DNA of 64,000 bases, from NCBI GenBank assembly GCA_963716975.1, contig CAVQVA010000040.1, forward strand, positions 17,223 through 81,222, read 5' to 3'. This document shows positions 46,903 to 61,140 of the stretch, piece by piece. Origin of the DNA: an uncultured Actinomycetes bacterium (GTDB lineage Bacteria > Actinomycetota > Thermoleophilia > Gaiellales > Gaiellaceae). Below the pieces are notes generated by a model that saw nothing but the letters and a program-made list of their open reading frames with translations, had not been told where the DNA came from and searched no databases. Each line of letters begins with the position of its first letter. Positions within the stretch are counted from its first letter, which is position 1. Both the position numbers and the translations under genes were made by a program.

Positions 46903-48177
46903 CTACGCGGCCTCGTCCCAGCGGCGAAAGACGACGCACGCATTGTGGCCGCCGAAGCCGAACGAGTTGGAGGCGCCGATCTCCGTCGGCTGCCGCCGAG
47001 CCTCGTTCGGGATGTAGTCGAGATCGCACAGGGGATCCGGCGTCTCGTAGTTGATCGTGGGCGGAAGCACCCCGCGCTGGATCGCGAAGATCGTGAAGAT
47101 GGCCTCGACTGCGCCGGCGGCGCCGAGACAGTGGCCCGTGGCGCCCTTCGTCGAAGAGACGGGCGTCCGAAAGGCGTGCTCCTCCCCGAGCGCCAGCTTG
47201 AGGACGCGGGTCTCCGCCGGATCGCCGACGGGCGTGGAGGTTCCGTGCGCATTCACGTACCCGACCTGCTGCGGGGAGATGCCGGCGTCCGCAAACGCCA
47301 TCTGCATTGCGCGGGCGGGGTTCTCGCCCGTCGGATCGGGCTCCGTGACGTGCCGGGCATCCGAGGACACGCCGTAGCCGAGCAGCTCCGCGTAGATCTT
47401 CGCGCCCCGCTTGCGTGCATGCTCGAGCTCCTCGAGCACGACCATCGCACCGGCCTCGCCCATGACGAAGCCGTCGCGATCCGCGTCGAACGGTCGCGAG
47501 CCTGCTTTCGGATCGTCGTTTCGTTGCGAGAGCGCGCGCATCGCGCTGAAACCGGCGATCCCGACCCGCGTGACGGGTGCCTCCGTCCCACCGCAGAGCA
47601 TCACGTCGGCGCGGCCGAGACGTATCGCGTCGAGCCCGTCGCCGATCGCCATATTGGACGCCGCGCACGCCGTGGTCTCCGTCGCGAGCGGCCCGCGAGT
47701 GCCCAGTTCCATGGACACCCACGCCGCCGCCATGTTGGGGATGATCTGGATGATCGAGAACGGGCTCGTGCGGTCAGGACCCTTTTCGAGCAGCGCCTGG
47801 AAGCAGTCCTCGAACGCCCCGAGACCGCCGATTCCGGTCGCAACCGCGGCTCCGACGCGATCCGGAGCGGCGGCGATGTCGATTCCGCTGTCGGCCTCGG
47901 CCATGCGCGCTGCGGAGAGCGCCATCTGCGAGAACCGGTCCATGCGCCTCGCCTGCTTCCGCTCGATCCAGGTCGTCGGGTCGAAGTCCTTCAGCTCGCA
48001 CGCGAACCGCACCGCGTAGTCGGTCGTGTCGAACTGGGTGATGCAACCGGCGCCGGACTCGCCGCTCACGAGGTTCTGCCACGTGGTGTCAGGATCGTTT
48101 CCGAGTGGCGTGACCATGCCCACTCCCGTGATCACCACCCGGCGTCGTCCGTTGTTCGCAGCTTCGCTCATGCTCAC
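46903..48177 (-). CDS. fabF: beta-ketoacyl-ACP synthase II
   Basis: ORF 46903..48177 has active-site TACAAS, HGTSTPVGD and NSFGFGGHN. Confidence 0.92.
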   Translation of the reverse strand: MSMSEAANNGRRRVVITGVGMVTPLGNDPDTTWQNLVSGESGAGCITQFDTTDYAVRFACELKDFDPTTWIERKQARRMDRFSQMALSAARMAEADSGIDIAAAPDRVGAAVATGIGGLGAFEDCFQALLEKGPDRTSPFSIIQIIPNMAAAWVSMELGTRGPLATETTACAASNMAIGDGLDAIRLGRADVMLCGGTEAPVTRVGIAGFSAMRALSQRNDDPKAGSRPFDADRDGFVMGEAGAMVVLEELEHARKRGAKIYAELLGYGVSSDARHVTEPDPTGENPARAMQMAFADAGISPQQVGYVNAHGTSTPVGDPAETRVLKLALGEEHAFRTPVSSTKGATGHCLGAAGAVEAIFTIFAIQRGVLPPTINYETPDPLCDLDYIPNEARRQPTEIGASNSFGFGGHNACVVFRRWDEAA

Positions 48178-48896
48178 ATCCCGAGCCCGCCGTCCACCAG
48201 GAGCACTGCACCCGTGATGAACGACGCGTTCTCGGACGCGAGAAAACGTACCGCCCCGGCGACGTCTGCCGGATCGCCGAGCCTTCCGAGAGGAGTGTTG
48301 TCGAGCATTGCGCCCGTCGCCTCCTCGGGAAGGACCTCGGTGAGCCGGGTGGTCACATAGCCGGGAACGACAACGTTCGCGCGGACGTTCCGGCTGCCCA
48401 GCTCACGCGCGAGGGCCTTCGTGAAGCCGATGATTCCCGCCTTGGAGGCCGCGTAGTTCGTCTGCCCCCAGTTCCCGTGGATGCCCACGATCGAGGATAT
48501 GTTCACGATCGCCCCGGAGCGCTTCTTCATCATCCCGCGGACAGCCGCCCGGCAGGTGTAGAAGCACGAGGCGAGATTCGTGTCGATGACGGTCGACCAG
48601 TCCTCGTCCGACATCCGCACGAGCAATCCGTCCCGCGTGACGCCGGCGTTGTTCACCAGGATGTCGAGGTAGCCCGCGTTCTCGACGAGCGCCTTCGCCG
48701 AGTCGGCATCGGAGACGTCGGCTTGCACGGCCCGCCCGCCGATCTCACCCGCGAGCTCTTCCGCTTCCTCGGCTCCACTTCGATAGGCGACGACGACCGA
48801 GGCGCCGCCATGCGCGAGCTCCGTGGCAATCGCGCGGCCGATACCGCGTGAGGCGCCGGTGACGAGGGCGGTCTTCCCTTCGAGGGAGCAGAACAT
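48174..48896 (-). CDS. fabG: 3-oxoacyl-ACP reductase
   Basis: The ATG at 48896 lies within ORF 48174..49370. Motifs: TGASRGIGRAIA, NNAG, YAASKAG. Its stop overlaps the fabF start. Confidence 0.9.
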   Translation of the reverse strand: MFCSLEGKTALVTGASRGIGRAIATELAHGGASVVVAYRSGAEEAEELAGEIGGRAVQADVSDADSAKALVENAGYLDILVNNAGVTRDGLLVRMSDEDWSTVIDTNLASCFYTCRAAVRGMMKKRSGAIVNISSIVGIHGNWGQTNYAASKAGIIGFTKALARELGSRNVRANVVVPGYVTTRLTEVLPEEATGAMLDNTPLGRLGDPADVAGAVRFLASENASFITGAVLLVDGGLGM

Positions 48897-48901
48897 GCCG
48901 C

Positions 48902-49825
48902 TCAGCGAGAGAGCGCCTCTTGCGCGCGCTCGAGCCCGTCGAGCGTGTTGACCGAGACGGTCTTCACCCCTCGATCGATCCGCTTGATGAGCCCGGACAG
49001 CACGTTCCCCGGACCGACTTCGACGAAGGTCGAGGCTCCGCTGCGGATGAGCTCGGTCGCCGCCTGCGTGAACCGCACCGGCGCAGTGAGCTGGTCGACG
49101 AGAAGTGTCGCGAGCCGTTGCGCAGGCTCGATCTTCGCCGTCACGGTCGACATGAAGGGCGAGAGTGGCTCGACGAAGCGCACTCGCTCGACCGCCGGAC
49201 GGAGCCGGTCGGCGGCACGCGCGACGAGCGGGCTGTGGAACGCACCGGACACCTTGAGTCGCACTGCTCGTCGAGCGCCGAGGTTCTCGGCCTCGGCGCA
49301 ACACTCCTCCACTGCTTCGTGCTCTCCGGAGATGACGACCTGACCCGGGCAGTTGTAGTTCGCCGGCCACACCCCGATGATCTTCCGGCAGAGGTTCTCC
49401 ACCTCGGCGTCCTCGAGACCGAGGATCGCAGCCATGGAGCCGGGATGCCGGCGAGCTGCCTCGGCCATGGCGAGGCCACGCTCGCGCACGAGCCCTATTG
49501 CTTCGGCGGTTCCGATGGAACCGGCGGCCGCAAGCGCGGCGAACTCGCCGACCGAGTGCCCGACCACGACGTCGGGCTCGAGCCCACGCTCTCGAAGCGC
49601 GGCGAGGATCGCGAGACTCGTCGCCACGAGGGCGGGCTGCTGGACCTCGGTGTCGACGAGCTCCTCGATCGGCGTCTCGAAGCAGAGTCGCTCGAGATCG
49701 AGGCCCGTCGTCTCCGAGCCGATCCGGTAGACCTCTCTCGCCACCGGGAACGCCTCCGCGATGTCACGGCCCATGCCGGCCTCGAGAGACCCCTGGCCAG
49801 GGAAGCAAAACGCGATCTTGGTCAC
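48902..49825 (-). CDS. fabD: malonyl-CoA:ACP transacylase
   Basis: GTG at 49825 (GTGA overlap with the fabH stop). It has FCFPGQGS and the active-site GHSVGE motif. Confidence 0.9.
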   Translation of the reverse strand: MTKIAFCFPGQGSLEAGMGRDIAEAFPVAREVYRIGSETTGLDLERLCFETPIEELVDTEVQQPALVATSLAILAALRERGLEPDVVVGHSVGEFAALAAAGSIGTAEAIGLVRERGLAMAEAARRHPGSMAAILGLEDAEVENLCRKIIGVWPANYNCPGQVVISGEHEAVEECCAEAENLGARRAVRLKVSGAFHSPLVARAADRLRPAVERVRFVEPLSPFMSTVTAKIEPAQRLATLLVDQLTAPVRFTQAATELIRSGASTFVEVGPGNVLSGLIKRIDRGVKTVSVNTLDGLERAQEALSR

Positions 49826-50820
49826 CGAACCCTCCCGTTCGTCGTCCATTCGATCAGCACCGAGCCCCATGTCAACCCGGCTCCCATGCCGGTCATCAGC
49901 ACGAGTGCCCCGTCGCGCAGACGTCCTTCGGCCCGCGCGTCGGTCAGCGCCAGCGGGATCGAGCCCGAGGATGTGTTTCCGTAGCGGTCCACGTTCACGA
50001 TGGTCTTCTCATGTGGGATGCCGAGCTTATCGGTCGCGTAGTCGATAATCCGCTTGTTCGCCTGGTGCGGGACGTAGACATCGACGTCGTCCACGGTCTT
50101 CCCGCACTCCGTCAGGACGTGGTTCGCCGACTGCACGAGGATCCTCGTCGCGAACTTGAACACCTCGCGCCCGTTCATCTTGACGTAGCCGTTGGGGTTG
50201 TCGAAGTGCCGTGACCCCGAGCCGGGCAGCCAGAGATTCTCGCCGCCTCCCCCGTCTGCGCCGAGCTCGAAGCCCAGGAACCCTCCGTGCTCGACGTGCT
50301 CGAGGACGACGGCGCCGGCTCCGTCCCCGAACAGCACCAGCGTGGAGCGATCGTCCCAGTCCAGGATCTTCGAGAGCACGTCACCGCCGACGACGAGCGC
50401 GCGCTTCGAGAGGCCGGCTGCGATCATCGCGTACCCCTGTGCGACCGCATAGACGAAGCCCGTGCAACCCGCGAGTAGGTCGTAGGCCGCAGCGTGCAAC
50501 ATCCCGAACTCGTCGGCGAGAATCGCCGAAGACGTCGGGAACATCATGTCGGGAGTGACCGTCGCGCAGATCAGGAGATCGATCTCGGCCGGTTGCACGC
50601 CCGCGTCCTCGAGCGCCGCCTCGACCGCAGGCCGTGCGATGTCGGTGAGTGCCTCCTCCTGGCTGGCGATGCGCCGTTCCCGGATACCTGTTCGCTCGAC
50701 GATCCACTCGTCCGACGTGTCCACGATCTCGGCGAGCTCGGCGTTCGTGAGCACGCGGTCGGGGACGTGTGTCCCGAGGCCCGTGATCCCGATCCGCGGC
50801 CCGTGCACTGCCCCGATCAT
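49822..50820 (-). CDS. fabH: beta-ketoacyl-ACP synthase III
   Basis: ORF 49822..50820 has the motifs SDEWIVERTGI, AGCTGF, HQAN and GAGLTWG. Confidence 0.9.
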   Translation of the reverse strand: MIGAVHGPRIGITGLGTHVPDRVLTNAELAEIVDTSDEWIVERTGIRERRIASQEEALTDIARPAVEAALEDAGVQPAEIDLLICATVTPDMMFPTSSAILADEFGMLHAAAYDLLAGCTGFVYAVAQGYAMIAAGLSKRALVVGGDVLSKILDWDDRSTLVLFGDGAGAVVLEHVEHGGFLGFELGADGGGGENLWLPGSGSRHFDNPNGYVKMNGREVFKFATRILVQSANHVLTECGKTVDDVDVYVPHQANKRIIDYATDKLGIPHEKTIVNVDRYGNTSSGSIPLALTDARAEGRLRDGALVLMTGMGAGLTWGSVLIEWTTNGRVR

Positions 50821-51263
50821 CAGCGTTCGACCGCGAACGTCAGCGTCCCACGAGCCGCGAGGGCGTCGCCGACGTGGGCGGTCGCCTTGCCTCGGCCGAT
50901 CGAGCCGCGGACGGTGTCGATCTCACACGTGAGGGTGAGGGTGTCTCCAGGCTCGACGACCCGCTTGAACCGGCAATCGTCGATTCCCGCGAAGAAGGCG
51001 AGCCGTCCGCGATTCTCCTCCTCGACGAGCACCGCGACGGCGCCGGCCTGAGCCATCGCCTCGACGATCAGAACGCCGGGCATGACGGGACGGCCGGGGA
51101 AGTGCCCCGGAAACCACCAGTCTTCGTCGTTCACCCGGCGTCGCGCCACAACGCGCCTGCCGGCTTCCAGCTCCGTCACCTCGTCGAGGAGGAGGAACGG
51201 ATCGCGGTGCGGGAGGATCGTCTCGATGACGTCCTTGCCGAACGGGGCAGCGGGCGGCTCCAC
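50820..51263 (-). CDS. fabZ: 3-hydroxyacyl-ACP dehydratase
   Basis: ORF 50820..51263 has LPHRDPFLLLD...HFPGRPVMPGVLIVEAMAQ. Confidence 0.88.
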   Translation of the reverse strand: MEPPAAPFGKDVIETILPHRDPFLLLDEVTELEAGRRVVARRRVNDEDWWFPGHFPGRPVMPGVLIVEAMAQAGAVAVLVEEENRGRLAFFAGIDDCRFKRVVEPGDTLTLTCEIDTVRGSIGRGKATAHVGDALAARGTLTFAVER

Positions 51264-51278
51264 GCCGCGAGTCTACTG

Positions 51279-52280
51279 TCAGCCTCGACCGCTGCCGGTT
51301 CGCCAGACCACTGGGACACTGACGTTCCCGGCGGAGTCCCAGGCGACGGCGCGCACCCGCCGGACCGGCTCCGCCCATGGAAGCACGAGAACGCGTGCGC
51401 GCTGGACCTCCCTGGTCTGAACCTGCCCGTTGATCCAGATCTTGAGCGCGACCGGCTCGCTGACCTCGATACGCAAGCGCCTCCCGGGAAGCAGGCGGAG
51501 GGTGGGCGCGGTCGTGTCGACGACGAACGGCATCGCGAACGTCACGGTTCCGACCTCGTCCGTGACCTCGACGACCGCGGAGAGCGGGCCGTCGGTCAGC
51601 CTGCCGACGCTCCGAGTCCCGTCCCAGACGATCCGCTCTGGGCCGGCAGCAAACGTCGTCGGCTGAAGCGGCGAGGCCACCCACCGCCCCTCCCGCAGGA
51701 TCTTCACCGTGACCGTCGCCGGCGCGTTGAGCACGAATCCGATCGCGACGCGATCGGCGCGACCGTCGCCGTTCGGTGAAAACGCGGTGGGTGCGACCGA
51801 GACCAGGCCGAGCGTTCTGCTGACGGTCAGCGGAAGGCTCTGGACGACCTCCGTGCCGGCCGCAGTTCGCGCGCTGACGACCACGTTGTAGATGCCGTCC
51901 GGCAGTTCCGTGCCGTCGAGCGTCACCGAGTGCTCGCCCGCGGCGGTCCAGACCCGGTCGACCACCGTCGCCACGGTGCCTTCGGCAGCCGTGATCTCGA
52001 CGGTGACGTTCGCGGCGGTGGTCAGCGTGAACGAGAGGAGGGCGGAGTCCGCCTGCCCGTCGCCATTCGGCGTGATGCTCTCGGGAGTGGTCGAGGGCTC
52101 CAGGATCGCGAGCTCCGTCGTATTGAGACCCGCACGGATGGTGCCGCTCGCCGGCCGTGCCGCCCCGGCCGAGATCGCCCACGTGTACGTCGCCGGGGGT
52201 GCTGCCGCCGCGTCCCACGTCCAGTCGACGCTCGTACCGCTTCCGGTGCCCCGAGCGACCTCGGCAGTGCCTCGCTTCAC
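51279..52280 (-). CDS. protein with repeated FlgD-Ig-like beta-sandwich domains
   Basis: ORF 51279..52280 has repeated ITPNGDGQAD / FSPNGDGRAD motifs, each followed by V.V.I-type strands. GTGA overlap with the amidase stop. No signal peptide of its own. Confidence 0.7.
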   Translation of the reverse strand: MKRGTAEVARGTGSGTSVDWTWDAAAAPPATYTWAISAGAARPASGTIRAGLNTTELAILEPSTTPESITPNGDGQADSALLSFTLTTAANVTVEITAAEGTVATVVDRVWTAAGEHSVTLDGTELPDGIYNVVVSARTAAGTEVVQSLPLTVSRTLGLVSVAPTAFSPNGDGRADRVAIGFVLNAPATVTVKILREGRWVASPLQPTTFAAGPERIVWDGTRSVGRLTDGPLSAVVEVTDEVGTVTFAMPFVVDTTAPTLRLLPGRRLRIEVSEPVALKIWINGQVQTREVQRARVLVLPWAEPVRRVRAVAWDSAGNVSVPVVWRTGSGRG

Positions 52281-53420
52281 GACGACGGTCCACGGGAAGC
52301 GCGGACCGAGGTGCGCGCCGTGAACCTGACGAGTCCCTCCGCGTCCGCCTCCACGCGCGGGTCGAAGATCTTCGGCCCGCCGAGCTTCGCAACCGTCGCC
52401 GCCAGACCGTTCAGCTCGCCGTACAGGCGGTCACCAGGACACTCGGTGAGACCCGTATCGCGGTGACCCGAGATCGCCCGAAGCCGTACCGGGACGTTCG
52501 CCCGGAACCGCTCGCTTCCGCCGGAGAGAACCGTGACGATCGAGAGCGGGTCGACGTGCGCGAGATCGAGCCGCCAGGCGAGCAGCTTCGCAAGGGCGTC
52601 CAGGGCGGCGCGCGTGGGCTTCGCATCGCCGTACGTCCCGAGCAGCGCGATACCCGTCGAACCGGTGTTGAACCCCAGCGCATGCGCTCCGACGACATTC
52701 CGGTCGACTCCGCCGTACCGGCCCTCGTAGATCGTGCCGAAGCGGTCGACGAGAAAGTTGTAGCCGATGTCGTTCCAGCCGTTGCTACGCACGTGGTAGA
52801 GCTGGATGCCTCGCACGATGGCCGCAGCCTCATCCCGCGAGTACGTGTTGGTGCCCGCCGTGTGGTGGACGATCGCGAACCTGACACTCGGTGCGTAGGA
52901 CGGCGGCGCTCGACGGATCGACTCGTTCGCACCCCAATCTGCGCGCGAGACGATCGCGGGCATCACGGTCCCGCTCGATGCAACAGCAGCCGCAGGCGCT
53001 CGGTACGGAACCGAGGACGCGGGACTCCAGACCAGGCGTGCCCGTACGCGTGCGACGATGCCCGTTGTCCTGATCTCGAGTCGGTTCGACGGCCCCACCC
53101 ACCACGGGCTTCCGATGTGCCAGCCCGTCGTTCGATCCTCCGGAGAGCCCCGATCGGGACGGTCGTCGTCCTCCGGTGCCCCGCGGCGCCATGACGTCCA
53201 GTGGCCCGCGAGCGAACGTGTCCGGAACATCACCGATCCCGGTGCCTCGCCAGTGCAGGCCGACGAGCGTGAAGCGATGGACGTGTCGCGGCGAGCTCGA
53301 GGTGCTGTCTGACCCTGGGGCAAAGTCGGCGGTGGTGACGGAGGTCACTCCCGCACTGGACGTCGACGGCAGCGCGGCACCTGCCGTGAGCATCAGGAAA
53401 AGGGCGAGCAGGCGGCGCAT
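52277..53420 (-). CDS. secreted N-acetylmuramoyl-L-alanine amidase (Amidase_2/PGRP domain), frame broken by one extra base near 53237
   Basis: The signal peptide and first ~60 aa (MRRLLALFLMLTAGAALP...RFTLVGLHWRGTG) lie in the frame of ORF 52830..53444. The sequence continues (SVMFRTRSLAGHWTSW...IVHHTAG...GYNFLVD...GH) in the frame of ORF 52277..53323. The length is 3n+1. Confidence 0.8.
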
Positions 53421-53492
53421 TTGCGGGCAGGGTCGCTCGCACACCGTTCGAGCGCAAGCGGCAGACCCCTCCGTTGATGCAATCCTTACAGC

Positions 53493-54826
53493 GTGAACCG
53501 CTGCCCGCTCCGGGCTCTGATGCTCGTGCTCTGCGTACTCGCTCTCGCGGTTCCAGCGCTCGCTGTCGCGCAGACGAGGCCAGGAGGAGATTCAGGCGCG
53601 GCCACGCGTCCTTGCCGCAACGCTCGACAACGACATCAACCCGGTGACGCAGGAGTACCTCGACAACACCGTCACGCGCGCGGAGAACGACGGCTACGAC
53701 GCCGTGGTGATCGTGCTCGACACTCCGGGTGGCCTCTCGTCCTCCATGCGCGGGATCGTCAAGCGCTTTCTCGCGGCGACCGTGCCCGTCATCGTCTACG
53801 TCGCCCCCTCCGGCTCGAGTGCGGACTCGGCGGGGGCAGTCATCACGATGGCCTCGGATCTGGCCGCGATGGCGCCCCAGACGAACATCGGCTCGTCGAC
53901 GCCGATCTCGCTCGGCGGCGAGAACATCTCGAGCGATCTCCGGAGGAAGGTGATCAACGATGCGGCGGCGTACGTCGGCGAGCTCGCCCGGGAACACGAC
54001 AGAAACGTCGCCGCAGCGCGCCTGATGGTCACGAAGGCCTCGAACTACGGCGCTCGCGAGGCGCTGCAAGATCGATCTGGTCGAGGCGATCGCACCGACG
54101 CTGCCGGCCTGCTCGACCAGGTGGACGGTCGCAAGACGGTGCCCAAGGGCATGGTCCTGCACACGGCCGGCGCGGAGATCGACGAGGTGGAGATGAGCTT
54201 CTGGCAGCGCGCCAGGGACCTCCTCATCGACCCGAATCTCATCGCGCTCATGCTCTCGATCGGCCTGATCGGAATCGTGGTCGAGCTCTGGAATCCCGGC
54301 CTGATCCTGCCGGGGACGGTCGGCGCGATCTCGTTGATACTCGGCCTCTACGGCCTCCAGGTCCTGCCGGTGTCGCTCGCCGGCCTGCTCCTGATGGGAC
54401 TCGCGGCTGCGTTCTTCGTCTCCGAGGCGTTCGTCCCGACGCACGGAGCGCTTGCCGTTGCCGGTTCGATCACGTTCGTTCTCGGCGCCCTGATGCTCTT
54501 CGACCCGGCGGGAGAGGCGTACCAGGTGTCGCTGCCAGTTGCGCTCGCGATCGCGGGGACGCTCACCCTCCTCCTCGGGTTCGCACTCACACGTGTCGTT
54601 CGCGCGGCACGCCGCCCGGTCGCCGTCGGAACTCAGGGCCTGGTCGGCGAGGAGGGTGTCGTGCAGGAGAGAGGGGTTCGTCTTCTTGAACGGCGAGCTC
54701 TGGCGAGCCCACGCAGCGGACGACTCACCGCTCGTCCCCGGAGAGCACGTCCGCGTCGAGGAGATCGGTGACGACCTCCAGCTCGTCGTAGGATCACTGT
54801 CACCTACCGAGGAGGGGCAGAGGTAA
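53493..54826 (+). CDS. NfeD-family membrane-bound ClpP-class serine protease, frame broken twice (near 53575-53600 and 54673-54676)
   Basis: The signal peptide (NRCPLRALMLVLCVLALAVPALAVAQ) is in frame 0. The protease and TM body (INPVTQEYL...VLDTPGG...SAGA) is in ORF 53644..54771. The C-terminal OB domain (GFVFLNGELWRAHA...VRVEEI) is in ORF 54539..54826. The length is 3n+2. Confidence 0.8.
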
Positions 54827-55600
54827 ATGGCCGCCGCTGGAATCGCGTTCATCGCAGTCGTCGTCATCGTCGTCCTGATCCTGTTCGCCGCAGTCAAGAT
54901 CGCCCGCGAGTACGAGCGCGGCGTCATCTTCCGACTCGGGCGCCTGCTTCCCAACCCGAAGGGGCCAGGTCTCTTCCTCCTGATTCCGATCGTCGACCGG
55001 ATGGTCAAGGTCGACCTGCGCACCGTCACGCTCAACGTGCCGCCCCAAGAGGTGATCACGAAGGACAACGTCCCGGTGCGCGTGAATGCGGTCGCCTACT
55101 TCCGCATCGTCGAGCCGAACGCATCGATCGTGCAGGTCGAGAACTTCATGGTCGCGACCTCTCAGATCGCTCAGACGACCTTGCGCTCCGTCCTCGGTCA
55201 GCACGTGCTCGACGAGCTCCTGTCCGAGCGCGACAAGATCAACGCGATCCTCCAGGCGATCATCGACGAGGCGACGTCTCCGTGGGGCATCAAGGTCTCG
55301 GTCGTCGAGGTCAAGGACGTCGAGATCCCCTCCGACATGCAGCGCGCGATGGCGCGTCAGGCCGAGGCCGAGCGCGAGCGACGCGCAAAGGTCATCTCGG
55401 CCGAGGGTGAGTATCAGGCGTCGGAGCGCCTCAAGGACGCCGCAGCGATCATGGCCCAGGAGCCGATCACGGTTCAGCTGCGCTATCTGCAGACACTGCT
55501 GGAGATCGGCGGCGCGAACAACTCGACGATCGTCTTCCCGATTCCGATCGACATCCTGACGGCGCTGTCAAAGCTCGCGACAGACAACGACAAGCCGTAA
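54827..55600 (+). CDS. SPFH/band-7 (stomatin/slipin) family protein
   Basis: ORF 54827..55600 starts 1 nt after the NfeD stop. It has an N-terminal TM and the pattern [12 protein letters not shown]...ITKDNV...[11 protein letters not shown]. Confidence 0.9.
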   Translation: MAAAGIAFIAVVVIVVLILFAAVKIAREYERGVIFRLGRLLPNPKGPGLFLLIPIVDRMVKVDLRTVTLNVPPQEVITKDNVPVRVNAVAYFRIVEPNASIVQVENFMVATSQIAQTTLRSVLGQHVLDELLSERDKINAILQAIIDEATSPWGIKVSVVEVKDVEIPSDMQRAMARQAEAERERRAKVISAEGEYQASERLKDAAAIMAQEPITVQLRYLQTLLEIGGANNSTIVFPIPIDILTALSKLATDNDKP

Positions 55601-55647
55601 ACCGGCGCATCGGCGCAACCCGAAGAGAGTGTCCGCTCGGGGCTCGG

Positions 55648-60602
<4,955 letters not shown>

Positions 60603-60603
60603 T

Positions 60604-60635
60604 AAAAAAGCCCTGCAAATCGCCATTTTGCGGGC
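60604..60635 (-). terminator. intrinsic-terminator-like hairpin plus T6 tract between the DUF721 gene and gyrB
   Basis: The minus strand reads GCCCGCAAAA-TGGCGA-TTTGCAGGGC-TTTTTT. The stem is 10 bp with a 1-nt bulge. The T tract runs directly into the gyrB ATG (60602). Confidence 0.5.
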
Positions 60636-60645
60636 ACGGGTAAGT

Positions 60646-61140
60646 CTACCAGAAACCGCGGTCGGACGGGCCGCCCGGTGCACTCTTTGCGAGGCTTGCT
60701 CGTGCCGCTCGCGCAACGAGCTCGCGAAGGTCCGCATCCTCGATCGAGGCCGCCGCGGAGGCCGCCGCGGAGGCGGTCTCAGGCGAGGGCTCGACCGTCC
60801 CCTGGTGGGGCTTCGTCGAGGCCTCGGCGGCGTGTTCCGGGCCGTGCTCGGGTACCGGGCCTGGCCGAAACCGAACTCGCGGCGGGCCCTCCTCCCCGAG
60901 CCGCTCCCGGAGACGAGCGACGATGTCCGGCGACATCCGGTCGAGCTCGAACGCCCAGGTCGCGGAGGAGGTCGCGACGTGCAACGTGCGGTCCTTTGCC
61001 AGCCGCAGGGGCCACGCGTTTCGTGCAATCGCGGACCCGACCGCCGCGGGCCACGCCCTCGTGATCTCGGTCAGCGCGAGTCCCTCGCCCCCACCGGTGC
61101 GCGCAAGGCGCCGTTCCACCTCGTTCCCGATGCGCTCCAT
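60646..61140 (-). CDS. DUF721-domain protein (DciA-like) in the conserved recF-gyrB slot
   Basis: The ATG at 61140 (ATGA overlap with the recF stop) gives [12 protein letters not shown]...[41 protein letters not shown]. Its position matches the actinobacterial DUF721/DciA gene. Confidence 0.75.
   Translation of the reverse strand: MERIGNEVERRLARTGGGEGLALTEITRAWPAAVGSAIARNAWPLRLAKDRTLHVATSSATWAFELDRMSPDIVARLRERLGEEGPPRVRFRPGPVPEHGPEHAAEASTKPHQGTVEPSPETASAAASAAASIEDADLRELVARAARASLAKSAPGGPSDRGFW

Noticed and set aside
51279-53420. Amidase and FlgD-Ig repeat protein as one frameshifted fusion gene
   Set aside because: The amidase frame ends at a clean TGA that overlaps a GTG (GTGA). The downstream frame translated upstream of that GTG gives non-protein-like Gly/Arg sequence. 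Two coupled genes are the simpler reading.
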